Assembly: GCA_963920595.1 (NCBI GenBank)
Contig: OY986946.1
Location: forward strand, 8,928,001 to 8,992,000
From: Eimeria praecox
Taxonomy: Eukaryota
Reading direction: 5' to 3'
Length of the DNA stretch: 64,000 bases
Every line of letters begins with the position of its first letter. The stretch's first letter is position 1. Below are positions 36,492-57,698 of the stretch, in pieces. Both the position numbers and the translations under genes were made by a program. Below the pieces are notes generated by a model. That model saw only the letters and a program-made list of their open reading frames with translations, had not been told where the DNA came from and searched no databases.

Positions 36492-36592
36492 GGGGGCCCC
36501 CAACCCTATGGGGGCCCCCAACCCTATGGGGGCCCCCAACCCTATGGGGGCCCCCAATCCTATGGGGGCCCCCAACCCTATGGGGGCCCCCA
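36492..36592. repeat. 18-bp tandem repeat GGGGGCCCCCAACCCTAT
   Basis: About 5 copies, within a GGGGCCCC-rich intergenic zone. Confidence 0.85.
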
Positions 36593-36752
36593 CCGTACGG
36601 GGGCCCCTAACCATGTGGGGCCCCCTAAACATATAGCCTGTGGGCCCCCAACCGTGGCGCTGTGTCTTTAGTTGTTGATTTTGTTGCTGTTGGAGGCTTA
36701 ACAACAATAGAGGTAGCTGCAGCAGCAGAGAAGCCGCAGGTCTTCTTGTCAT

Positions 36753-36791
<39 letters not shown>

Positions 36792-37027
36792 GGCAGCAGC
36801 AGATCTACAGCAGCACCGCAAGCACGAGAGGCACCGTAAGGAGCAGCAGCAGCAGCAGCAACAGACTCAGTGCATGCGAAAATGCCTGGGGCTTCAGCCT
36901 GCTGCTGTTGCTGCTGCTGCTGTTGCTGCTGCTGCCGCTGTGCGTGAGTTTCATCTTGAAGCTGCTAGCTATGAGGGGGGCCCCGTCTAGCTGTATATAC
37001 AGGGGGGCCCCCCATGGGTCTATTTAC

Positions 37028-37082
<55 letters not shown>

Positions 37083-37231
37083 CCTCCGTATATAAAAATA
37101 ATAAAAGAATATGTTTAATAAAATATATATAAATAAAATACAATTACAATCTCTTCCTATAAAGCCTGGGGTTTTGAAGGAAAACACAGAGTGAGGGGCC
37201 CCTGTTGACCCTCGAGCTGCTTCGCCTCGAT

Positions 37232-37287
<56 letters not shown>

Positions 37288-37414
37288 GGGGCCCCAGAGG
37301 AGCATCTCCTGAGGTAGCGAAGCAACAATTGTATTTATTTTGTGTTTGTTTTTGATTGTTTTATTTTGTTTGAGTCATAACATTCCTGATTTCTGCTGCT
37401 ACAGCTGCTGCTGC

Positions 37415-37462
<48 letters not shown>

Positions 37463-37609
37463 GGTTGCTGCTGTATCTGTAGCTAGAGCCCAATGGTTAA
37501 GCCATTGGTTCTCTATAGTAATTAGGTTTTATTATATATTTTATATTTGTTTTTTTATTTTTATTTTTATTATATTATTAAATATTGCATGCATATACAG
37601 CCCCAAAAT

Positions 37610-43793
<6,184 letters not shown>

Positions 43794-43821
43794 GCAAGCT
43801 CTATCCTTACACTCCATCCCA

Positions 43822-43853
<32 letters not shown>

Positions 43854-44364
43854 TTGCTGCTGTTGCTGCTGCTGCTGTTGATGCTGATGTTTATGCTGCT
43901 GCTGCTGTTGATGCAGATGCTGATGTTGCTGCTGTTGGTGCTGCTGCGGGTGTTGCAGCTGTTGCTGCTGCTGCTGCTTTTGCTGTTTATGCTGCTGCTG
44001 CTGTTGATGCAGATGCTGGTGTTGCTGCTGTTGGTGCTGCTGTGTGTGTTGCTGCTGTTGCTGCTGCTGCTGCTGCTTTTGCTGTTTATGCTGGTGCTGG
44101 TGTTGCTGCTGTTGCTGCTGCTGTGGGTGTTGCTGCTGTTGCTGCTGCTGCTGCTGCTTTTGCTGTTTATGCTGGTGCTGGTGTTGCTGCTATTGCTGCT
44201 GCTGCTGCTGTTGCTGTTGCTACACTTAGTGAAGAAAGATAGAATGTGTGCTAATAGCAGCACCTAGATACACTAGAAAGCCCCTATCAACTGGCATCTA
44301 ACAGCAGCAGTTTCAGCATTAACTGCTGCAGCTCTAGTAGCCACAGCAGCAGCAACAGCAGCAA

Positions 44365-44398
<34 letters not shown>

Positions 44399-45516
44399 CT
44401 TTTGTGTTTTACTGTCTGAGCAGATACCTGATATATCAAGTGCTGCAGCACAGAAGGCCTCCCCAAGACAAATTGTCTTCTCTTCTTCTCCTGAAGGCCC
44501 CGTAAATCCAAGCAACAACATTGGGCCCTTACGGGGCCCCTAGGGGCCCCCTGACAAGCCCCCTGAGGGGCCCCCTGGGGGCCTCCTCCTAAGGGCCCCT
44601 TGCGGGGGGGGCCTCCTAAGGGCCCCTTAAGAGGCCCCTCCTAAGGGCCCCCCTGAGGGCTTCTAGGGGCCCCCAGGGGCCCTCACGAGGCCAGTATAGA
44701 ACCCTGCACCCGAAACACCTTAAACGCTTAACTCTTAACCCTAAACCCTAAACCCTAAACCCTAAACCCAAAGCCTTTACGAGACCCGTAAAGGACCCTC
44801 AGGTAGACTCAGTAAGCTTTAGGGGGCCCCTAATAGGGGCCCCCATAGAACAGACAAAAGGGGCCCCCTTGTGGGGCCCCCTAAGTGCCCACTGAGGCCC
44901 CCGTAAGGGCACCTGAAGGGCCCCCTGAAGGCCCCCTAAGGGCCCCCTAAGGGCCCCCTAAGGGCCCCCTAAGGGCCCCCTAAGGGCCCTCTAAGGGCCC
45001 CTAAGGGCCCCATAGGGAGCGCCATAGGGTTGTATGTAGCTATAGACTTGTAGGTAGGTAGGCCACTAAGGAGGCCCCAGGGGGCCCCCTGTAAAATAAG
45101 CTGTGTCTAGGGGGGGGTTAGGGGGTTATGGGCTTAAGAACAAGAGACAGATCAATATTTCTCTACAGAAAGAAGTTGTATGACACTCTGTAGTTGCTGT
45201 TGTAGTGGTGGTCTTGCTTCTGCTGCTGTTGCTGCTGCCTCTGCTGCTGCTGTTGCTGCTGCTGCCTCTGCTGCTGCTGCTGCTGCAGCAGCAGCAGCAA
45301 CAGCAGCAAGCGCGATACTGCAAGACGTCCTCGCGCCCCAACATCTCCAGGCAAAACCCTAAAATACTAAACCCTAAACCCTAAACCCTAAACCCTAAAC
45401 CCTAAACCCTAAACCCCGAACACCAGCCTCTGTAGGATGCTGCAGCCAATCAACGTTTAAACGTACTCGCTGTAAGGAAACAAAGCCTTTCAGCAGCAGC
45501 TACGGCAGCACCAGGA

Positions 45517-45643
<127 letters not shown>

Positions 45644-45834
45644 CTGTGGATATTGTTGATTGAAAGGGCATTCGTGTAGTGGCTTCAAAACGCCCCATAT
45701 AAAAAGCTGCCTGGGGAGCTGCCGAGGGCTGTATGCATGCGTGCATTAGAGCTGCTGCTTCGGTCTCTTGCTGCTGCTGCTGCTGCTGCTGCAGCAGCAG
45801 CAGCAGCATTTGCTGCTGCTGTTTGTGCAGCAAG

Positions 45835-46667
45835 TCAGCAAGGAGGCCAAATCGTTCCTGGGGAGGAGAAGAAACCCTCTGTCTCGAGGTGTCTAGACAC
45901 GTCGGTGAGCAGGATGTAAGGAGAGAGCTGGGGAGCAGCAGCAGCAGCAGCAGCTGCTGCTGCTGCTGCTGCTGCTGCTCGCGCTCTGCGGCCCGCAAGG
46001 GAGCTGTCATCTGCTTCTGCTGCAGCAGCGTCTGGGTTAAACCTGAATGCAGCAGCAGCAGCAGCTGCAGCAGCTGCTGCTGCTGCTGCTGCTTCTGTCG
46101 ATGGCTGTGAATGAGTCTGCTGCGGCTCCATCATCAGCTGCAGCTGCAGCAGCAGCTCAAGCTTCCGCAGCTGCAGCAGCCGCACACTACATGACAGCAG
46201 CAAGTAGCAGCAGCAGAAACAGAAGTAGATGAGGTGTATAATGAGCAGCAAACTACTTGGGGCCCAGCCTGCACAGATTCCTCGAGAACACAGCAGCAGC
46301 AGCAAGAAGCAGAAGTGCTGCTGCAGCAGCTGATCGCAAAGCCGTACGTTGCGAATTAGGGGGCCCCCCAGCAGCAACGGGTGGAGAGATATGGGGGCCC
46401 CCATGTTGCTGCACAGCAGCAGCAGCAGCACACCAGCTGTCCCTGCAGGAACTGCGGGATCGTCTGTCCCTTGGGGCCCTCTCCTAAGATCATGGATTCC
46501 TGCTGCTTGCTGCTGCTGCTCCTGCTGCTGCTGCTGCTGCTGCTGCAGCGACGCTGCTGCAGCACGCCTGCGGCAAGCTGCAGCAGACACACAAGAGAAG
46601 TGAGAGGCAGCAGGGTAAGCTCAAGCAATTATGGTCAGCAGCAGAAACAGCAGCAGCAGCAGCAACA

Positions 46668-46707
<40 letters not shown>

Positions 46708-46851
46708 CTTACAGCAAGATACGGTGCGTCTAAGACAAAGGAGACTGCATGTGGGAATTAGTAGCTGCAGCAGTGAGAATATGGGGGGGAGACACAGCAG
46801 CAGCCGCAGCAGCAAGGGGGCTACCCGGTTCTGTTGAGGGTTGCTGCTGCT

Positions 46852-46888
<37 letters not shown>

Positions 46889-47929
46889 GGCATTAGAGGG
46901 GGCCCCCCAAGGGGGCCCCCTTCAGGGGACCCTCCCAGAGTCGCGCCTGTCTGAAGGGGGCCCCTCAAGGGGGCCCCCACACGCTCGATCGTTAGCAGCA
47001 GCGCATGCAGGGAAGCCAAACGGAGACAGCCCCCAGCAGCAACAAAGAGAGAATCGAAGAAGGAGACAGAGATAAATAGAAATGCAATACCTTGTATAAT
47101 TAACTGCAGAGACAGCAGCACAAGCAGCAGCAGACTACCCTCCCCACCAATTGCTTCTATACTGCTGCTGTATCTACCTGCTTCGCCTGCGGACTGTTGC
47201 AGCCCTTGCTGCACCTCATGCTCCCGCTGCTGCTGCTGCTGTTGCTGCTGCGTCTGCAGCAGCGGCAGCAGGCCCAGGAACGGGCGCAGGATCAGCAGCA
47301 GCTTCGCTACGTGGGGTGTAGCAGCAAGGGCTACCAGCAGCAGCTGCTGCTTGCGCTGTATGTACACCCCATCATCTATGACAGCGGTGAAGCCTCTTCC
47401 TCGGGGGCGCAGCAGCAACCGCAGCACCTGCTGCAGCAGCAAGCCCACACTAATACCCTTAAGAGGATGCTGCTGCTGCTGCAGCAGCTGCTCCTGTCTC
47501 TTCCGCAGAGACTCTAGAAGCTGAGGGGACGGATGAGATAGGGGGGTAGGCCCTTTCGATAGACTGTGGGGAACATCTTGCAGCAGCATGAGATCAGGAT
47601 CGCTCTGCTGCTGCTGCTGCTGCAGCAGCAGCAGCTGCTGCTGCTGCTGCTGCAGATCCGAGGAGGTCTTGCGCCTTCTCCTTCCCAGAGGCAGCAGCCC
47701 GCAGCAGCAGCAGCAGCAGCAGCAGCCGAAGCTGGATGTGTCTGTATCGTCTGCTTCGTCCTGTCTGTGTTCACTGAGAATCCCAGCAGCAGCAGCAGCA
47801 GCAGCAGCAACAGCAGGTGCAGCAGCAGCAGCAGCAAAGGCAGCTCGTCCATCATCTTTATCTATGAGAGGCTGTGTGTAGGAAACAGATCCCGGGGTGC
47901 TGCAAGAGCGGCATCGTGCTCCTGCTGCC

Positions 47930-47960
<31 letters not shown>

Positions 47961-48578
47961 ATCCTGCTGCTGCTGCTTCGAGGGAATCGTTGTCTCCCCA
48001 GTCATGGCTGTCTTGTGCTTGAAGATTGAGGAAGGCCTGAGCTAAGGAGACACTTTGTCGGGGGCCCCCAGGGGTAGTAAGGCCTCCAGGTGTACGTTGA
48101 AGGGGGGGGGGGCCCTCTGCTTGTCTCCCCAAGCTAGGGGGGCCCCCCCTCCGGTGTCTCCTTCCAGGGGCCTCTACTAGGCTGGGGGTATCGTCTCCCT
48201 GCAATTGCCTGGGTTTGAAGTGGGGAGCCTGCAGCGAGTGGATGGGGGGGGACCCCTGAGGGGCTCCTGAGGGGCCCCCCTTGGGGCCCCCAGGGGGGCC
48301 CCCCCCCCCCTGGGGGGCCCCTTGGGGGGCCCCCTGGGGGCCCCCCTGGGGGGCCCCCGTAGGATGAGGGGACAGAGATAGGGTAGGAGAATGCAACAGA
48401 GACAAAGAGAGAGACTTTGCGTGTGTTGCATACGCTGTCTCCTCTGAAGGAGACGACGCCGCCCCTCTATAAGATTCGAGGAGGGTAGCTCTATTAGGGA
48501 TAGGGACAGCTAGTTTGGGATTGAAAGCTTGCTGCTGTACAGATGATGGAGGCATTGCCTGCTGCTGCTGCTGCTGCT

Positions 48579-48620
<42 letters not shown>

Positions 48621-48752
48621 CCTCAGATCGGTGCAGCAGCGAGGGCATAGTAGAACGACGACGACCAGCAAAAGCCCGCAGAGAAGACAGACGGCCTCCT
48701 AGCCTCTTACCCAGTTGTCTGTGTGTCTGGGGTCCTGCTGCTGCTGTCTTCT

Positions 48753-48812
<60 letters not shown>

Positions 48813-48887
48813 TTTTTTCTGTTGCTGCAGCTTGTGCAGCAATTGCTTTCTCTGCTGCTGCTGTTACTTGTGCTGCAGTTGTCTTCT

Positions 48888-48919
<32 letters not shown>

Positions 48920-49112
48920 AGTGTTAGTGGTGCTGCTGCTGCAGAATCATTCGAGGCTGTTGCTGCAGCAGACGACTCACGAGCAGCACTTAAACTATTC
49001 CTGAGATATTCTGCTCTACGACTCTCTCTATTTATTTGTCTTATCTTTTCAGTGTTGAGGGCTTTGCTTAGTAGTGGTTTCATATCTTTCTTTGAAGCTG
49101 CTGCACCCTTCA

Positions 49113-49143
<31 letters not shown>

Positions 49144-49361
49144 TGCTGTTGTTGCTGCTGCTGTTGTTGCTGCTGCTGCTGTAGGCGCAGTCCCTTGCCC
49201 TTCTTCTTGCTGCTGCTTCCCTAACAGCCTCAGAAACCGCCGGGGTTTGTAGGTAAGAAGGGCCTCCAAGGGTCTTCTGTGTGCTCGTTGCTGCTGTCCC
49301 TCAGAGAGAGTTGAAGAGGAACGCCCTGCTTTCGCCTCTGCTGCTGCAGCTCTTGACCCCC

Positions 49362-49415
<54 letters not shown>

Positions 49416-49858
49416 CGTGACGGGTGTCTCCAGATAAGGGAGACGCTGACCTGGGAATCAAGATATCTGGGGCTTCTGCAGCAGCAGAACAAAGAGACAG
49501 CTCAAGACTTGTAGGATTAACGGTAGAAGGAAGGCCTAACAAGTGCAGCAGGAAGGCCTGCTGTCTCTCACGTACAGCAGCAGCAGCAGCAGCAGCAGCT
49601 TCTTTCGCTCCTGCTGCTGCAGGTGTCGAGGTATATCCCCTATGCTTCCTTCGTTCCTCTTGTTGGTTTACTGCTACAGAAGGCCCCTGTCTCCTTCTAC
49701 CCGTGGGCCTCCGTCCTGCTGCTGCTGCTGCTGCCGCTGCTGCTGCTGCTGCTGCTGCTGAAGTGTGTGATATTCCTGGAGGTGAAGCAGCAGCAGCAGC
49801 AGCAGCAGCAGCAGGTGCAGCGTTGCCCTTATTCCTGTTCAGCAGAGCAGGATGTGAC

Positions 49859-49893
<35 letters not shown>

Positions 49894-50438
49894 CTGCAGC
49901 AGGGCGTCTGCTGCAACAGTAAGAACCTCTCTTTGAAGCCATTGTGTTTCTTCTTTCTCTGCTAATACACACTGATGCATGCGTAGAGGTCTGAGGGCTA
50001 GCCACACAAAATTTTTGAGAAGCAAAGGGCACAGTAGGGGGCCCCCCTGCAACAGGGGGCCCCCCTGCAGCAGTACAGCTACCCTAAAACTAACACCAGG
50101 AATATCTATCAGAAGCAACCCCACCAAGAAAGCAAACTTAGCTGTTATAAACACATCTGAACCTACAGACGTTTTGCTGTTGACGGCCCAGGGGGGATGA
50201 GCCGGTCCTTCTTGAGGGGAGGCCTTGAGGGGGCCCCCTGCAGACCCTGCAGATCCTGCAGACCCTTGGGGGCCCCCAGGGGCCCCTAGGGGCCCCCGAC
50301 CAAGCAGATCAGCGGGGAAGGCAAAACCAAGAAGAACAAGTGCAGCAGGAAGCAGCATCAACATACAGCTAGAGAAAGACAGAAGGGGACCCTGGGAGGC
50401 CCTGTGGGGCCCCCGTAAATCTCGCTGCATGGCTGTAG

Positions 50439-50510
<72 letters not shown>

Positions 50511-50849
50511 ACACGCATCACAAACCCTCAGGCACTAACTAGACAACTATCTAGCTAGCCAGCTAGCGAAGTAGCCAACTGGCCAGGTAGCTAGCTAGCT
50601 ATCTGGCCAGTTAGCTAGCTAGCCAGCTGGCCAGTTAGCTAGCTAGCTAGCTGACCAGTCAGCTAGCTAGCTAGCTAGTCTATCAGGTTGATGTTAGTTT
50701 ATCTACATGCTACGCTAAGCACGTAGGCATATACAGAGGCAGCCCCATACTCTCGGGGCCCCTGAGACTTCCCCTACACACCCAGGGGGCCCCCTGGAGC
50801 TGTTTAACATCTCTCTACAGAGCTTTCATCTGTCTACAGAGCCCTCAGT

Positions 50850-50925
<76 letters not shown>

Positions 50926-51714
50926 TAGATGTTTTAATTTATATTAATTTCTTATTGCTTCACACCTAGAGCTAAAGAGAAAGAAGCAGCAAGGTCGAGT
51001 AGGTCCAGTGTCAGGGCCAGAGTAAGATCAGCGAGGATCATCAGACGATTAGCTGAGGGGCCCCTCAGGGGGGCCCCATGGGGGGCCCCGAGGGGGGCCC
51101 CATGGGGGGCCCCTAAGGGGCCCCCGGAGTAGAGGTAGGAACAGGCAGCAAAAGATAGAAACACTATGGGGGTGAGATAGATGCAGCAGCTTGCAAGATA
51201 AATAGCTGAATATTGAAAAGGACAAACATAGAGAAGCTAGGGTTTAGGGGGAGAAGAGAATAGATAGAGGGTTTAGGGTTTATGTATTTACATGCAGCAG
51301 TTAGGGTTTATAAGAGGGGAAGGATTTAGGGTTTATATATATTTGATTGTATATAAGGGGTTATCATACTTGCGCCTTCAGAGGCTGAGAATACGTGAAA
51401 AAGATGAGAAAATCGATGCTGTTGGGGGGGGCCCCTGGGGGGCCCCCATACACCCCAAACTAGAGGGCATACAGCCAGTTTCAGAGCAAGGAGACACGAA
51501 TGTAATAACCATTGTAAAGAACACAGGCCCCCTACGCGCTTCCATAGTATGCATGCAGGGAGACAGGAGACAAATATGCCTGCAGTAGCAGTAAATAAAG
51601 AGACAGAAGGAGAGAAATAAACATCAAATAAAGAGAGAGATAGAAAGGAGGCACAAAGACACAAAGGGCCAATAAATCTAAAAACTAACACCTCAAAAAT
51701 GCATGCAAAATAAA

Positions 51715-51798
<84 letters not shown>

Positions 51799-52022
51799 TA
51801 CATCTATTTATATACATATATATAGATATAGATAGATACATAGATAAATAGATACATAGATAGATAGATAGATAGATAGATATTTGTACATACAGGGATA
51901 TCGTGTATCTACATTCGTATATATAGATATAGATAAAGACAGATAGATATGCTTATGTCTATATACATAAATTATAAGTATGTATAGCCACGCTGTTTAC
52001 ATAAATTAATTAGAATATAAAT

Positions 52023-52060
<38 letters not shown>

Positions 52061-52067
52061 ATTTATA

Positions 52068-52133
<66 letters not shown>

Positions 52134-52366
52134 TACATATATAGAAAATAAATTAATTAGAGAAAAACGTATACATATCTGCAGATGAGTGTATAGAGAA
52201 TTCTTTTATAGAAGAGAGAGAGAGGAGACAGAAATAAATAAAGAGACAAAAGAAATATACACAGCAGCAGCAGCAACAGCAACAGGAAGAGACACAAGAC
52301 GATTCCAAAGGGGGACGTAGTAAGCAGCAACGCAGCAGAACTACTATTGGCCTTCTGCTGTTGTCT

Positions 52367-52402
<36 letters not shown>

Positions 52403-52652
52403 CTGCTGTTGCTGCTGCTGCTGCTGTATATCAATGACGTGTCTCACCTAAGGCTGCATCGACGACGAGGAAGGCGTATAGGTAGTTTGTGGGGTCTGTT
52501 AAGCCTGTGCCACGGGTGCCTCTGCTGCTAGTTCGCAGCAGCAGCAGCAACGTCAGAGCTAGCTGCTGCACACCAGATATCCAGAAAGGGAGAGCAGCAG
52601 GCAGCGGCTGCAGCAGCTGCAGCAGCAGAGGTCGGATCCCTCTTGTTTTCAT
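45835..52652 (-). CDS. Large multi-pass membrane protein (~1700 aa) with an N-terminal TMEM121/CECR6-like domain
   Basis: Exons 52652-52448, 51579-51370, 51205-50966, 50432-46713 and 46577-45835, all GT-AG, phase 1. Segments [22 protein letters not shown] and [12 protein letters not shown] recall the TMEM121 motifs IDLLDLLD, VNV...LAR and GKNVVALA (from memory, no search). Confidence 0.72.
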
Positions 52653-53350
52653 ATGGGCTGCGGTGTCTGTGGTTTGAGGGATATATTACGGCTAAAAGCT
52701 GTGAAAAAAATACTATTTATAATATAAATAATAATTAAAATAATAATAATAATATATTTCAAGTTAAAATTCAAAAAAAAACAACAAAAAACAACATGTT
52801 CAAAGCTGCTAGCCGTCTCAGACGGAGGCGCAATGCCTCCCTCCTGAGTTGTCTATGAAACAGCGAGTTGTTGCTGAGACAGACGATATATTAATTAATT
52901 AATTAATTAATTTATTTATTTATTTATTTATTTATTTATTTGTTTTGACGGCTACTCTTCTTCTTTTCTTTTCTTTTCTGTTTACTACAACATTCAGGTG
53001 TACGTACACCTGACCATTGCCAGTGGAGGCAGGGGCGTCGCGAAAGACCATAGAAGACCTTCGACCCCACACCTCTGGGATCGATCGATCCCACTAAACC
53101 CCCCGTTCCCTTTCCTTGTATCCTTAGACTCGCATCTTTTATATATAAAGTTTGTCTACAGAGACTCTCTTGGTAAATATTAATAAATATATTTATTAAG
53201 ATAAATATATTTATTAATATTTACTGAGAGACGCCGAGAGAATACCGAAGGATAGAAGAAACACGCACACACACACACACACACTACACCTTCTCTCTTT
53301 TCTCTCTTTCTCTCTCTCCCCCCTCCCACTCTCTCTCCCTCTCTCTCTCT

Positions 53351-53445
<95 letters not shown>

Positions 53446-53849
53446 ACTAGACAGCTTTCTGCTGCCTTCAGCTTCAGCTGTATCTCCTGCTGCAGCCGCT
53501 GCAGCTTCAGCTGTACCTGCTGCTGCAGCAGCTGCAGCTTCAGCTGTATCTGCTGCTGCAGCAGTTGCTGCATGCAGAGGCCAACCCTTCTCTCTACGCA
53601 TTCTCTACAGCCCTAAACCCTTGACACACCTTCAGAATATATAGAGACATACAGAGACAGAAGGAGAGGAAGACAGACAGCACGCCTTCTCTACTGTCTC
53701 CTACTAGAGACAAACAGCCCTTGCTAGGTCTCTCCCCCCTCTACCCGTTTCATAACACTTCAAGCAAGTGTCTCCTGTCTCCTTTGTTGTGTCTCTTCTT
53801 CGAAAGAGCTGCTGCAGCAAAACGAGCCTCTCCCATCTACTTCTTAGAA

Positions 53850-53897
<48 letters not shown>

Positions 53898-53951
53898 CCA
53901 GAGACAACTCGTATTATATGTGTCTGTCTCTAAATGTCTAACAAGGCTAAG

Positions 53952-54033
<82 letters not shown>

Positions 54034-54358
54034 TATACTCTCTATTTTTATATACTCTAAAGCAATTGCCTCCACGATACAGAAAGGAGACAGGAGGGGG
54101 CCACCGTGCATGCAAGCAAACATAGAAGAAGATTCGAAAGGAGACAGAAGAATAAAACAATTATAAACACAATTATAAAAAACTCAGGAGACGCTGGTAG
54201 AGAAAGAGACAGAAAAGGAGACACTCACCCGTGAAGAGACAGAGAAAGAAGAGACAGCTACACACACATAGACAGACAGGGACAGTGGGGAAGGCATAAA
54301 CAAAAACAGATAAATATGTACATAGCTATATTATATATAGATATAGATAGATATAGAT

Positions 54359-54389
<31 letters not shown>

Positions 54390-54417
54390 CCTGAAAGGGC
54401 CGAAGACGGAGACTCTG

Positions 54418-54525
<108 letters not shown>

Positions 54526-54936
54526 CCTGAAAGGGCCGAAGATGGAGAGAGAGAGAGACAGACAAGAGCTGGGAGACAGACAGAGAGAAGAGAGTTTACT
54601 GAAGCAGTCTTCTTCTAACGATAGGAGACACCCGAAGACAGAGAGACAGAGAGGAGACAGCACTCTTAACCTCAGACAGGAGACAGAAGATAATAGAGAT
54701 GTCTTGTGTTTATTTGGCTCTCATTTTTTTTCTACGGAGACACCTCCTTTGCTGTACATACACCGCAGACTGCTGCTGCCCATACAGAGACATACAGCTC
54801 TTCATCTCCTTATTCTTATTCTTATTCGTATTCTTATTCTTATTCTTATTAGACAGAGACTGCAGGAGACAGACAGCAGGCCAGAAGAAATATGTAGAAT
54901 GAGCCTCTCGCTCTCTCCCTCTCTCTCTCTCTCTCC

Positions 54937-55025
<89 letters not shown>

Positions 55026-55120
55026 GTCGCTTAGCCCTTCTCAATAATTTTTTCTGGTGTCTCCGCAGCTCTGTGTAGCCAAAGGGGCGACTGGCTATGG
55101 TGTACTGTACATACACCCCG

Positions 55121-55154
<34 letters not shown>

Positions 55155-55279
55155 TCCTTTGATTCTACAGCCGCCCGTATTACTAAACATATTCATAGAT
55201 AGAAAACAAGATGCTGTAGCCCCTCTTAACACAGACAGACACTTGCTGCGACGCATTTTATATTTTGCCAGCTGCTTCA

Positions 55280-55320
<41 letters not shown>

Positions 55321-55862
55321 AGCAGCAGCAAGGGTGCTGCACCGGGCATGCAGCTTACGAGCTGTCGATGGTCAGAAACCTAACTACATTTTGCTGCAAG
55401 GCCAATCGCGTTATTTCTCTTATTTATATATTTGTCTCTGATGATGTCTTACAGCTAGACAGCAGCAGCTGCTGCTGCTGCTACTGCTGCTGCTGCTGCT
55501 GCTGCTGTTGCTGCTGCTCTCTTTCTATTTCCTCTGTGCTGCAGTGCCAGACTTGTCAGTCTCTAGTGTATATACACAATACGCAGCAGCACCAAATACA
55601 AATACACAAACACAAACACGCAGACAAAGACAGCAACAAAGACAGAGACAGAGACAGAGACAGAAACAGACAGAGACAGAGACAGACAGAGACAGAGACA
55701 GACAGAGACAGACGGAGACAGAGACAGACAGAGACAGAGACAGACAGAGACAGAGAGAAGAGACAGACAAATGCTTCGGCTCGATTGATTTTGACTCGTT
55801 CGTAGGAGCTACAATAATTGGGCTCCTCATGCATCTCGAGGTATTCCCTCGAAGACTGCGCA

Positions 55863-55941
<79 letters not shown>

Positions 55942-56240
55942 TTGCTGGTTGTGCTAGCTAGAGCAACAACAACATGCAGCAACAATAACAGCAATAAGAT
56001 AAATCGCAGCAGCAGCAGCAGCAGCAGAGAGAGAGAGAGAGAGAGACGTGAGGCCCTTGAAATAGGCTTTCTAGTTTATCTACGCTTGCATGCATAGTTT
56101 GTGTTTGTTTGTTTGTTTGTTTGATTTGTTTGTTTGTTTGTTTGTTTTGTTTGTTTGTTTGTTCTTGTTTTATTTCTGCTGTCTCTACTCACAAGCTTTG
56201 CAGCAAGAAAACGCTGTGAGGGTGTCGCTGTGGATTGTTG

Positions 56241-56277
<37 letters not shown>

Positions 56278-56560
56278 AGCAGCTGACGACGCTGTTGCTG
56301 TTGTGCCTGCTGCAGATGCTTTTGATCCTGCTGATCCTGCTGCAGCAGCTGCTGCAGCAGACGTTGCTGCTGCTGCTGCTGCATTAAAAGCTGCTGCTGC
56401 AGGCGTTGCTGCTGCTGCATTAAAAGCTGCTGCTGCAGACGCTGCTGCTGCTGCAGACGTGCTGCTGCTGCTGCTGCTGCTGCCGTACCGTTGACGCTGC
56501 CTTGCCGTTGCGGTGTTCGAGTTTGCTGCTTCCGGCCCTGTGGGCTGCTGGGATTGCTGC

Positions 56561-56595
<35 letters not shown>

Positions 56596-56633
56596 TTGTT
56601 GTCGCTGCCTGGCCTTTGATTTGTTGCTGCTGC

Positions 56634-56665
<32 letters not shown>

Positions 56666-56917
56666 CGGCCGGGGTGTCTTCGCAGACACCCCACAAGGTC
56701 CTTGCCATGATAAATCACCATCGCCCCGGCGGGGGCGCAAACGTCGCTGTATTGCTTCCTGCTGCTGCAGCTGCTGCAGCTGCTGCTGCTGCTGCAGCAG
56801 CAGCAAGAACGATGCATGCGGCTTCTGCTGCTGCCCATCATTAACGGGCTGCCGCTGGGGCTGTACGGGACGCTGCAATTCGCAAGCCCTCGCGTATCCT
56901 TTCGTTGCTGCTGCTTG

Positions 56918-56956
<39 letters not shown>

Positions 56957-57160
56957 AGATGTTGCTGCTGCAGCTGCTGCTGTTGCAGATGTTGCTGCTG
57001 CTGCTGCTGCTGCTGCAAAAAGAAAGCAGCTTTGGGGCTGGCTTCAAAATGAAAGAGAGGCGGGTTTGAGGCAGAGGTGAAGAAGAACTGCTAGCTGAGG
57101 CCGCTGCAGCAGCAGCAGCAGCAGTTCGTTGCAGGAGCAGCAGCAGCAGCAGCAGCAGCT

Positions 57161-57195
<35 letters not shown>

Positions 57196-57569
57196 TCTTG
57201 TGCCCAGTCTCGCCGTTGCTGCAGATGCAGCTGCTGGCTACTTTCTCTCTCCATCGCTGCTGCTCGTCCCCATGCTGCTGCTGCTGCTGCTGTTGTTGTT
57301 GGTGTTGTTGTTGCTGTCGTTGCTGTTGTTGCTGCTGCTGCTGTTCCTGTTGCTGCTGTTGCCGTTGGTCTTGTGCTTGCAGCAGCAGCAGCAGCAGCAG
57401 CATCTGTTTCTGCTGCAGCTGATTGGAGAGTTTGGCGGCAGAGACGAGGATAGTTGCAAGGGGATTATGTGGGGTTCTGCTGCTGCATGCATGCATGCAT
57501 GCATGCATGCAGCAGCAGCAGCAGCAGCAGCACGAGTTGCTGCTGCAGCAGTAGTTGCTGCTTTCTGTC

Positions 57570-57662
57570 TTAACATTGCGGGAACGTATGTTGATGCTGC
57601 GTTGCGTAGGGAGAGAGCTGCTGACCAGCACTGTATCCAACTACTGCTGCTGGTGCTGCTGT

Positions 57663-57698
<36 letters not shown>

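Noticed and set aside
51206..51375. GC donor GGC|GCAAGT in the membrane-protein gene
   Set aside because: A canonical GT donor (51369) and a strong pyrimidine-rich acceptor (51206) already keep the frame.
56076..57640. Overlapping poly-Q/A/S ORFs downstream of CELF
   Set aside because: CAG repeats keep several frames open on both strands. I found no domain or consistent exon chain, so they are left uncalled.
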